Notes under the pieces: model-generated | What the model was told of the DNA's origin: nothing | Database searches by the model: none | What the model saw: only the letters and a program-made list of their open reading frames with translations | Shown: piece after piece, positions 41,168-51,553 of the stretch | How positions within the stretch are numbered: position 1 is the first letter of the stretch | Layout: every line of letters begins with the position of its first letter | Made by a program: the position numbers and the translations under genes | Assembly (NCBI RefSeq): GCF_030144855.1 | Contig: NC_082714.1 | Coordinates: 35,836,001-35,900,000 of the forward strand | From: Hypanus sabinus | Taxonomy: Eukaryota | Length of the DNA stretch: 64,000 nt | Direction: 5' to 3'

Positions 41168-41912
41168 TCATCATTAACCCACCCACCATATCCATCATCA
41201 ACCCACCGACCACGTCCATCATCAACCCACCGATCACATCAATCATCAACCCACCACGTCCATCATCAACCCACCGACCACGTCCATCATCAACCCACCG
41301 ATCACATCAATCATCAACCCACCACGTCCATCATCAACCCACCCACCACGTCCATCATTAACCCACCGACCACATCCATCATCAACCCACTGACCATGTC
41401 CATCATCAACCCACCGATCACATCAATCATCAACCCACCACGTCCATCATCAACCCACCGACCACGTCCATCATCAACCCACCGATCACATCAATCATCA
41501 ACCCACCACGTCCATCATCAACCCACCCACCACGTCCATCATTAACCCACCAACCACATCCATCATCAACCCACTGACCATGTCCATCATCAACCCACCG
41601 ATCACATCAATCATCAACCCACCACGTCCATCATCAACCCACCGACCACGTCCATCATCAACCCACCGATCACATCAATCATCAACCCACCACGTCCATC
41701 ATCAACCCACCCACCACGTCCATCATTAACCCACCGACCACATCCATCATCAACCCACTGACCATGTCCATCATTAACCCATCAGGTCCATCATTAACCC
41801 ATCTCGTCCATCATCAACCCATCTCGTTCATCATTAACCCATCTCGTCCATCATTAACCCATCTCGTTCATCATTAACCCACCCACCATGTCCATTATTG
41901 ACCCACCCCACC
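41168..41912. repeat. Minisatellite (20/24-bp monomers) with 184-bp higher-order repeat
   Basis: Monomer (cgac)cacgtccatcatcaacccac. The variant tgaccatgtc recurs at 41391, 41575 and 41759. Confidence 0.95.
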
Positions 41913-42699
41913 ACCACTACTTTACTATTGCCTACCAGAATCACCTTATGTACAGATACACCTGTACCTGACACTTTATGAACATACACCCAATTTAAGT
42001 ATATAAGCTAATCTTATGTAGTTTATATTTATTGTGTTTTTTATACTGCATCAAATATGGAGTAACAATCATTTCACTCCACTTTGCACTTGAGTATGGA
42101 AGAATGACAATAAACAATCTTAAATCTTGAAAGAAAGACCTGCACCTTTCAACTCCTTCTCAGGACATGCCACAATGTTTTTGAAAGGTAGTAAAGCAGC
42201 ACCCAGTTAGTGCACAGTGTCAAGTGCTGGTGACCAAGCTATTATAGATAACTCCCCTGTTCTGCTTTAAAACCTTTTACATCTACCTGATAGAGCGAAC
42301 TATCAGTCTGAGTCAGTGTGCGCCACCAGTGCTGGTGTAGTGCAGGGTCCAAGCTGGAGTCAGTGCTGCCCCTAGTGTTCGATCGGCAGAAGACAGGCCG
42401 TATTGTGTTCAACTGCAGATTTCTGCCACATTCATGGACTCAGGATCTTGGACTATGTTTTTGTGTGAATGTATTTTACAAATACTTTACCTTACATGTG
42501 CTTGCTGTCGTATATGTGCTACATGTGCTTTGTGCTGTGTGTGACTGTTGCTGCTATGTTGCCCTTTGAACCCACAGAAATGCTGTTTTCTTTGGCTGTA
42601 TTCATGGGTATTCATGTATGGTCGAATGAAAATTCAACTTGTGTTATTGAACATCTTATTCCAAAGTTACCATCTCCAAGTATGCAATGTTCTCTTAGC

Positions 42700-42915
42700 A
42701 TGGTAGGTGGCATGGTTAGCCGGCTGTAAGACCGGGGTTCACCTCCCACTGCCTGTAAGGAGTTTATACGTTCTTCCTGTAATCACCTGGGGTTCCCGTT
42801 TCCTCTCACATCCCAAAGACACATGGGTGAGGGTTGGCATGCTACTTTGGTCATTTATGCAGGTGACACGTTTCACTCAATGGTTTGATGTTTCGACGTA
42901 CATCTAACACATAAT
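42700..42915 (+). mobile_element. V-SINE-like (tRNA-derived) element, decayed
   Basis: ggcatggttagc..ggggttca..ctgtaaggagttt..tttcctctcacatcccaaagac V-domain. Confidence 0.6.
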
Positions 42916-43584
42916 TTTAGCACTCACCTTGAATAAATGATTGCTTGAACTCACTGGCATCGCTGTTTATTCCTCTCCGTAGGTGCTTGCTGAGGTCCTC
43001 CAGCATTTTGTGTGTGTTGCTCAAGGTTTCCAGCAACTGCAGAATCTCTTTGTGCTCAAGATCCCATCTGTTACCGCGACCCTCCCGCCATTTATAAAGC
43101 TCCACAAGACATCTCCAAAGAAGCAAAGACAAGGTATTCATGGTGACCCGCTGAATATTTGTATTTCAAACTTTACCTTCAAATGCAATTACCCAGTCAT
43201 TATCACCCTGCCGTATGTGCTAACTAGTCACTATGTTTCCAACCTTATGAAAGCCAATATACAGAAATGGTGTTTTAAACATTCTGAAATAGACTGGGAG
43301 ATATAATTTAAGCTGAAGTGTCTGTTTGTATGTTTATGCACGTTGTCATAAATGCTTTATATGGCTTTTCTATTTCATTTCCCATTCCGATCACTGCTGC
43401 TTTTTGGGAATATTTGTGGAGGTTTCACTGTATGAACTTCAGCTTAGATCAGTTGTCAAGCACCAGGGATGGACAGGTCCTGAAAACTAACCTACTGAAG
43501 GCAGATATTTAAATGTTCCTCTCCACACCTGCACCTAACACTGATGATGCAGTTTATTTAAAACCTATTCAATGAATATATAAA

Positions 43585-44135
43585 CTCTTCTCAGGCTTCC
43601 AGCTATTGATTTTAACCAACATTTTGATGACAAACTTTGCCCTCTTCATCAGGGATAATGCCTGGGCATGTCTACTCCAGTCGTATTTATACCCCCGTAG
43701 TCTGTCCCTTCTGATTGGTTAGTCCTCATCCAATCGTGTTTCTGCTGTCCCAGACACAATCCCATAGGATTGACTTCAACAGCTCAAAACTACTGGGTCA
43801 CACCAATGGTTTTGTGACCGCCTGGAGAAGGAAGCCATTGAAATAAAAATAGAGGAAAAGAATTTTAATAAAGATGAAGGTCTCGCTCTAAGTAAGAATT
43901 TGAATTTGATTGTAAACAAGGTGGGACAGCAGAAACCTGACTGGATGAGGACTAACCAATCAGGAAGGACAGACAATGGAGGTATAACTATTACCTCACT
44001 AGACATGGCCAGGCATCATCCCTGATGAAGATGGTAGAGTTTGTCAATGAAACGTTGGTTAAAATCAATACCTGTACACAGATGGAAGCTAGAGAAGAGC
44101 TTATTCATCATATAAGCCGGGAAAGCACAAGATCC
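43585..44135 (+). mobile_element. Penelope-like element (Poseidon type), 5'-truncated, with inverted pLTRs
   Basis: Endonuclease C-terminus DFNSSKLLGHTNGFCDRLEKEAIEIKIEEKNFNKDEGLALSK (about 43771-43900). About 43587-43745 is the reverse complement of about 43925-44100. Confidence 0.85.
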
Positions 44136-44629
44136 TTTGTTTCTTAACCTATTCATTCTCTAACCTTACACTTCTCACGCAAGGTCAATAACTTCAGACA
44201 ATGACTATGATTCTCCACCAATGGTTGCTGCTTGACTTGCTGAGTGTTTTCCAGCATCTTCTATTTTTCAGATTTCCACACTTCATTACTGTTTGAACTG
44301 TGCTATGTACTGACAGAGAGTGTACAGTCAACTGCACGTTATCCAGCTTGCAGATCAACTTCTACAACTCCAGCTCCCCCACCCTCCCACCATATACACC
44401 CAGTCTCTCTGCTGGACGATTAGAATAGGGCACAGGAGCTCCAGGGCAGCCTGCCGCTCTCCTGGCGAGAGCTCTGAGGTGCCCAGTGGTGCATCCTGTG
44501 CGAGCTCCAGGGCAGATTGCCACTCTCACAGCTGGAACACATTTAATTAAGCGCTTGCTTAGCTCTTGAACTATTCTCAGTCTAAAGAACTTCTTGCGTA
44601 AGCAATAAACTACCATGCAGATATTTAAC

Positions 44630-45725
44630 GATTAGCTTTTTTTGTCACATGTACATCGAAACATACAGTGAAACGCATTGTCTGCGTCAAATCAAAACAG
44701 TGAGGATGGTACTGAGCGTGCTGCAGGTGTCACCACACTTCCAGCACCAACAAAGCATGCTCACAACTCATTAACCCTAACTGCCTGCCTTTGGAATGTG
44801 AACATAGAATAGTACAGCACATTACAGGCCCTTTGGCCCACAATGTTGTGCCGACCTTCAAACCCTGCCTCACATATAACCCCCCCACCTTAAATTACTC
44901 CATATACCTGTCTAGTAGTCTCTTAAACTTCACTAGTGTGTCCACCTCCACCACTGACTCAGGCAGTGCATTCCACGCACCAACCACTCTCTGAGTGAAA
45001 AACCTTCCTCTAATATCCCCCTTGAATTTTCCTCCCCTTACCTTAAAGCCATGTCCTCTTGTACTGAGCAGTGTTGCCCTGGGGAAGAGGCGCTGGCTGT
45101 CCACTCTGTCTATTCCTCTTAATATCTTGTACACCTCGATCATGTCTCTTCTCATCCTCCTTCTCTCCAAAGAGCATAGCTCCCTTAATCTCTGATCACA
45201 ATCCATACTCTCTAAACCAGGCAGCATCCTGGTAAATCTCCTCTGTACCCTTTCCAATGCTTCCACATCCTTCCTATAGTGAGGCGACCAGAACTGGACA
45301 CAGTACTCCAAGTGTGGCCTAACTAGAGTTTTATACAGCTGCATCATTACATCGCGACTCTTAAACTCTATCCCTCAACTTATCAAAGCTAACACCCCAT
45401 AAGCTTTCTTAACTATCTTATCTACCTGTGAGGCAACTTTCAGGGATCTGTGGACATGTACCCCCAGATCCCTCTGCTCCTCCACACTACCAAGTATCCT
45501 GCCATTTACTTTGTACTCTGCCTTGGAGTTTGTCCTTCCAAAGTGTACCACCTCACACTTCTCCGGGTTGAACTCCATCTGCCACTTCATGTGGGAGGAA
45601 ACCGGAGCACACAGAGCAAATCCACATAGACTCCAGGAGTCCTTACAGACAACAGTGGGAATCGACCTCCAAACTTACAGCTGGCTGCTGCTAAGTGTTG
45701 CGCCAATCACTATGGCTATCGTACC
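44630..45725 (-). mobile_element. V-SINE split by a CR1 insertion
   Basis: ctttggaatgtg | ggaggaaaccggagcac is a reverse-complement V-domain, interrupted at 44801-45588. Confidence 0.7.
44801..45588 (-). mobile_element. Young CR1 3' fragment with TSD ATGTG; same subfamily as 21741-24250
   Basis: ORF 44895-45347 is nearly identical to ORF 21809-22303. ATGTG at 44796-44800 and 45589-45593. Confidence 0.92.
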
Positions 45726-47697
45726 ACACATTAATACACCTTAATGTGCTTTCCATTAACCATGTTTTACAATATTCAAAGAGATTAAATCCTGCCTAAT
45801 GAGAAACTGCTTGTACATAACTTTACAATCAAGGTTTTGCAGCAATATGGTACTGAGGGAATGCTGCAGCATTCAATCTCACTGCTCCTGGAATCAATGC
45901 TAAACTAATCAGTTTTCCATCAGAAGAATTGATCCAAAGGTCAGCCATCTCACTGTTGTGGACAGGCTCTTGTGCAAGTTAAGCGTGGCTCTTTAGTTAG
46001 CTTATGGAACACTTGTGGCATTTAAAAACTAATTAACTAAGTTGTATTTGGGAAGTTCAATCCAGTAAAACACTGCATAAAATGTATTATTATTCAGGAG
46101 ATCTATGTTCCACTGAGACCGAGGCAATGAATTCCTAGCCTTACTCAAATCTGTTATGAATTTAAATTTGCAGACATAAAGGGAACTGGGCCCCTCCTTA
46201 CATTTACTCAAAGCTACACAGGACAAATAGTAGAAAATTTTCTTTCAAATATGAATTAAAATTGGTCTTGCCAGCTGTTAGCCAAGGTACTGACCGCATG
46301 AGCAGGTTATGCACCTTGAGCTAACACTGAGTGTATAATAAACAAAACACAATCATACTTACTTACAGCAGACTAAGAGGGTTCATTGACAAACATCATC
46401 CAGGCAGTAGCAATGTTAAAGTAACAGAAATTGCTTTACCACAAATGCATTTGTCAGAAATTCACCTGCACAATATTCCCTTGGTTTGCCTGCCAAATGG
46501 TTTGTAGAAGGTTGATGGTTTGCCATTGGTCATTTTGCCTCACAGGTAGTTGGCTCCAATCTGGGAAAACTGCTTGCAGATGCCTTGCCAATGATTTGCA
46601 AGGAGTGCATGGCAAGCAAGCACAATCTCTCTCAGCCAGTAACTGCTAGGTTTGCTCATTCATTCTTGAACGAAAATGAAAAGGTTAGCCAACTAGTTAT
46701 AGACTTGACTAAGACCTGCCAAGAACAGATCCAATAACACTGTAGGATCAAGTAAGGCAGTATTTTCTTTTAGATCCAAAGCTTATAAACAAGTGGAGTT
46801 TTGGCAAGAACTGTATGATTCTTCTGACAGGTCTGATAAAACATCTGGCATTCATTTAAGGCATAAGATATGGCAAACAGGTTACAAATATTAGTCTAAA
46901 GTACAGCTTAAAAATGTCACTTAAAATTTATTCTTAAGCAAAACAATCAAGAAACGATTCTTTCCTTATGCATTTAAGAATTTATGTATCTTTTCAAACA
47001 GTAGTGAATGATATTTGATTACTATCCAGTTCCCACTTGCAACATTATAGGGCTGTAAGTTATTTATAGAATACTTTTCAGTATATTAAAGACTACACCA
47101 GCTAGCAGGCCTGCTATAAGACTTTGCATTGTAGACATCTGATCAATGAATCAGAGCATATGGAGAGGAGACAACAGAACAGGCAGGAATATAATTATAA
47201 ACCAAAAAGTAATACTGACAAGAAGCAGTGTGGCAAAAGATGGGAAACTACACCCCACAGGAATCCATAAAGGCACCACTGCTACTCATCACTTCCAGTG
47301 TTTTTGATTGTTTAATTTATTGTTCAGAATGCTGAAAAAATTACTTCAAATAACCTAGAATTCTTCAGCACATATATTTCACTCAGGTGAGTGAAATGGT
47401 CCCAATCTAATAAAGAAAGCTTAAACTTGCCTCAAACGTACATGTCAAAGCAATGAATAATATTCAGTCTTTAAGCCCAGCCATGTATCACTGACAATAC
47501 AAAACTTGTAAAGCACCCTACCACAGCAAACTAATTATGATATTATGTTGGCAATAGAATGTGAAAAGCAGAACTAATAGATTTGCTTGCCCACTCACAT
47601 TTCAAGTGCAGCAAATGAAAAGTATTGTTGGACCTAAAATTAAATTTCCTTCTCTACGAACTTCAAGGGCTGCAATTGAAAGAATTCTATAAGCAGT

Positions 47698-49270
47698 GGA
47701 CCAATCAATTCGAAGAGAGAAAGCGCTTCCACACGTCAGGGAGAGAAGTTTAACGTCAGGAGCATTTCGGGGGATTGGTGCATTAGCGATGGACCAATCG
47801 ATTCCCAATTCATTAGCAGGAGCAAATAAAAGCAAAGCAGCGTCAAAGCAGAGTGGCTATTGTGTGAGGGGATCAGTTTAGGAGTGGGAATTTGAGGCTT
47901 TGGTGAGGAGGCACAAGTAAGTCGTAAGTCAGGCTTTTGTAGTGGTTGAATAAAAAGTTGCTAAACTATAGCTCATTAAATAAAGGGATGATGCAGGATC
48001 AGATGATGTGTTGTAGCTGCATGATGTGGGAGCTGGTGGACCTCATTGTGGTTCCTGGTGACCACATCTGCAGCAAGTGTTGGCTAAGGAGAGCAGAGAG
48101 AAAGCATGTGGAAGATTAAAGCCGGAGTAATCCCGGTGGTGATAGATGCACTTGGAGCTGTGACACCTGGGCTGGGAGAGTGGCTCCTGCAAATCCCGGG
48201 AATAACATCTGAGATCTTGGTTCAGAAGAGTGCACTACTGGAAACAGCAGAGATACTGTGCTGAACCTTCAAGCTCCCAGGCCCGTAACTGTTCATGACA
48301 TACATCAACGATCTGGAAGAGGGGACTGAGTGTAGAGTATTTAATTTTGCTGCTGATACTAAATTGAGTGGAAAAGCAAATTGTGCAGAAGGTACTGAGA
48401 GTCTGCAGAGAGTTATAGGTAGGTTAAGTGAGGGGCAAGGGTCTGGCAGATGGAGTACAATGCTGGTAAATGTGAAGTCATCCACTTTGGAAGGAAAAAT
48501 GAAAGAGCAGATTATTATTTAAATGGTAAAAATCTATAGCATGCTGCTGTGCGGAGGGACTTGGGAGTGTTTGCACACGAATCACAAAGGTTGGTTTGCG
48601 GGTGCAGCAGGTTATCAAGAAGGCAAATGGAATGTTGGCCTTCATTGCTAGAGGGATTGAATTTAAGAGCAGGTTGGTTATGCTGCAACTGTACAGGGTA
48701 CTGGTCAGGCCGCACCTTAAGTACTGCATGCAAATCTGGTCTCTTTATCTGAGGAAGGATATACTGACTTTGGAGGTGGTGCGGAGGAGGTTCACCAGGT
48801 TGATTCCAGAGGTAAGGGGATAAGACTATGAGAACAGATTGAGTCGCCTGGTACTGTATTCACCGGAATTCAGAAGAATGAGAGGAGATCTTATAGAAAC
48901 ATATAAAACTATGAAAGGGATAGATAAGATAGAGGCAAGAAAGTTGTTTCCACTGGTAGGTGAGACTAGAACTATGGGACATAGTCTCAAGATTCAAGGA
49001 TTAGATTTAGGATGCAGATGAAGAGGAACTGCTTTTCCCAGAGAGTGATGAATCTATGAAATTCTCTGCTCAGTGAAGCAGTGGAGTCCACCCCAGTAAA
49101 TATATTTAAGTCAGGGTTGAATAGATTTTTACACAGTAGGGGAATTAAGCATTATGGAGAAAAGGCAGGGAGGTGAAAATGGGTCCATGGCCACATCAGC
49201 CATGATCTTATTGAATGGCAGACCAGGTTCAACAGGCCAGATGGCCTACTCCTCTTATTGCTTATATTCT
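47698..49270 (+). mobile_element. CR1 LINE retaining 5' UTR and ORF1 start, internally deleted, with a foreign filler
   Basis: 5' UTR has two ggaccaatc (CCAAT) repeats; ORF1 zinc finger CCSCMMWE..DHICSKC; RT resumes at GP.LFMTYINDLEEG..FAADTKL. TSD tat(a/g)agcagt at 47688-47697 and 49271-49280. Confidence 0.88.
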
Positions 49271-50149
49271 TATGAGCAGTCTGGATGAATATATAGTCTA
49301 CATTAAAAATGCACAATGAAATTCATCCGAATAAATGACAGGCCCATTCTTCCAATATATGTTGGAATCCATAGCCATTCCACAGTGAGGTTACCACGTT
49401 GCTAACTAAAAACAACCCAGTAAGCCCAGGGAGACAGGAAGGCGTGTCTTCTAATATCAGTGTAACGGAAGTGACTCAATAGATTTATGTCTGAAGAAAA
49501 GCAAAATGATGACACCCTTATGACCACATGATACAGTATTCTTTCAACATTATTTGGAGTGGCAGTACTGCTGTCAGAGTCATTGCAAGAAAAAATTAAT
49601 CATTCTCTCAAGATTTTTTTTAGCAATGAATACTTGAATATACAGCAGTAGCAACTGACATTTCAGAATTACTTGTTATTTAACCTTTAATAATTTGCCA
49701 AATCTGGACACTGATGTCATGGCTTCTTGTATACTAAAACTGAATTTATTCCATTAATCTCAGTTTTGCATAGGATCATGGGCATAAGGAATGGACACTT
49801 ACAGAGGTGTAAACGCAAGTATTCTATATGCAATTCTGAAAAAAAAAGTCTTGATCTTTAAAACCACATACTCCATGGGCTTATCTCTTCCCAGCTCCAC
49901 ATTGATCTCCAGCCACATGACTGATCAGAATCTCTGCAGCTTTCCATTCCTGATCTCCCAGATGAAGATCCCACAGCGCCTCCAGAAACTCTGGATCACT
50001 CTCCTAAAGCTACCCAACATTCTGTGTCCTCCTTTAAGAAGTATCTTACAGCTTACCTCTTTTTTCCAGTGTTTTGATAACTTTTCACCCCATGTAACTC
50101 AGACTCAAGCTTTGTCCAACTGTGGTTTTGTGAAGTTTGCTGGTGGGAT

Positions 50150-50410
50150 TGCGGGTAGCATGGCAGTATTACAGCTCAAGGTGCTCTGGAGTTTGGAGCA
50201 GAATTCTGGTGCCATCTGTAAGGAATCCCCGTGCAGTGCGTGGGTATTCCCCGGGTGATCCAGTTTCCTCCCACAATCCAAAGATGTACCGGGTCGGTTA
50301 AATGATCATTGTAAATTGTCCCATAATTAGGTTAGGTTTCAATCAAGGTTGTGAGGTTGCTAGGGCAGCATGGCTTGGAGAGCAAAAAGGGGCTACTCCA
50401 GGCTGCATCA
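50150..50410 (+). mobile_element. V-SINE (HE1-like)
   Basis: tgcgtgggtattccccgggtgatccagtttcctcccacaatccaaagatgt V-domain and a tRNA-like head. Confidence 0.75.
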
Positions 50411-51014
50411 TTAAATTTTTTTTTAAATGCCTTGGAAATTTTTCTGTTGAATATGTTCTATCTGCAATGGGTTGTTGCAAATTTCAGGAATATCTCAGTT
50501 CCTCCAACTCTTTGTCACAGATGCACAACCACTTCCCTATGGAGTGCCCTTGACACAGAACTGAGATGAGACTGAACAGGGTGATCTTACCCAACCATCA
50601 CCCCATGAGAACAGGAAGTTCATGTGACTTTCATCGATTATTTACTCACATGACATATGAAACAAGTCATCAGGTGAAACCAAGGTCAGAATCCATTCAG
50701 AAGAGCAGCTCTTGCAACAAACTCAATTACATTAAAGACCGGATGAACGAACATTATTCTTGTATATCACATGTTGGCAGGAATTTAATGTCAAATTAAT
50801 CCAATTTTTTGCTTAAGGAGAAGTTATTGGTTATAACAGCAAAACAAACACATGTCTGCACTTTCTCTGCAGCTGCTACACTGTACTCCGCATTCGGTTT
50901 TAGTTTACTACCTCAATGTAGTTACATATTAATGACACTCTAAATGGGATACAAGCAAATTTTTCACTGTATCTCAATACATATGACAATAATAAACTAG
51001 TAAAAAAATAAACT

Positions 51015-51480
51015 ATATATTTCTCCTCTCCCCGTATGGGTGGTGTGTATTTGTATTTTTCCCTCAATCTCAAGTCCTCTACCGGAGTCCTGGGAGCTTG
51101 AAGGTTCAGCACAGTATCTCTGCTGTTTCCAGTAGTGCACTCTTCTGAACCAAGATCTCAGATGTTGTTCCCGGGATTTGCAGGAGCCACTCTCCCAGCC
51201 CAGGTGTCACAGCTCCAAGTGCATCTATCACCACCGGGATTACTCCGGCTTTAATCTTCCACATGCTTTCTCTCTGCTCTCCTTAACCCTGGTATTTCTC
51301 CAGCTTCTCATATTCTTTCTAGCTGATGTTACTGTCACTCAGGATTGTCACATCTATTACCATTGCTTTCTTCTGTTCCTTGTGCAGTATTACTATGTCT
51401 GTTTGGTTGGCCACTACCTGCTTATCAGTCCGTTTTTGGAAGTCCCACAGGATCTCAGCTCTATCAGAAACAGTAACTAC
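51015..51480 (-). mobile_element. R4/Dong (Rex6-like) RLE non-LTR retrotransposon, 3' fragment
   Basis: EILWDFQ.RTDKQVVANQTDIVILHKEQKKAMVIDV..SDSNI..EYEKLEKYQGL..VIPVVIDALGAVTPGLGEWLLQIPG..QKSALLETAEILC. Confidence 0.85.
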
Positions 51481-51553
51481 CAGTCTCATCAGAAATACAG
51501 ACTGATTTATATGTATAGCCACCACAAGCAAACATGCATCACATTTGTATGTA

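Noticed and set aside
41168-41912. Tandem array resembling a CRISPR array, or a His/Pro/Ser-rich ORF (41077-41361)
   Set aside because: There are no unique spacers or cas genes and the context is vertebrate. The ORF is simply translation of the minisatellite.
49791-50258. 155-aa ORF
   Set aside because: No recognisable domain, and it runs into a V-SINE; probably a chance ORF.
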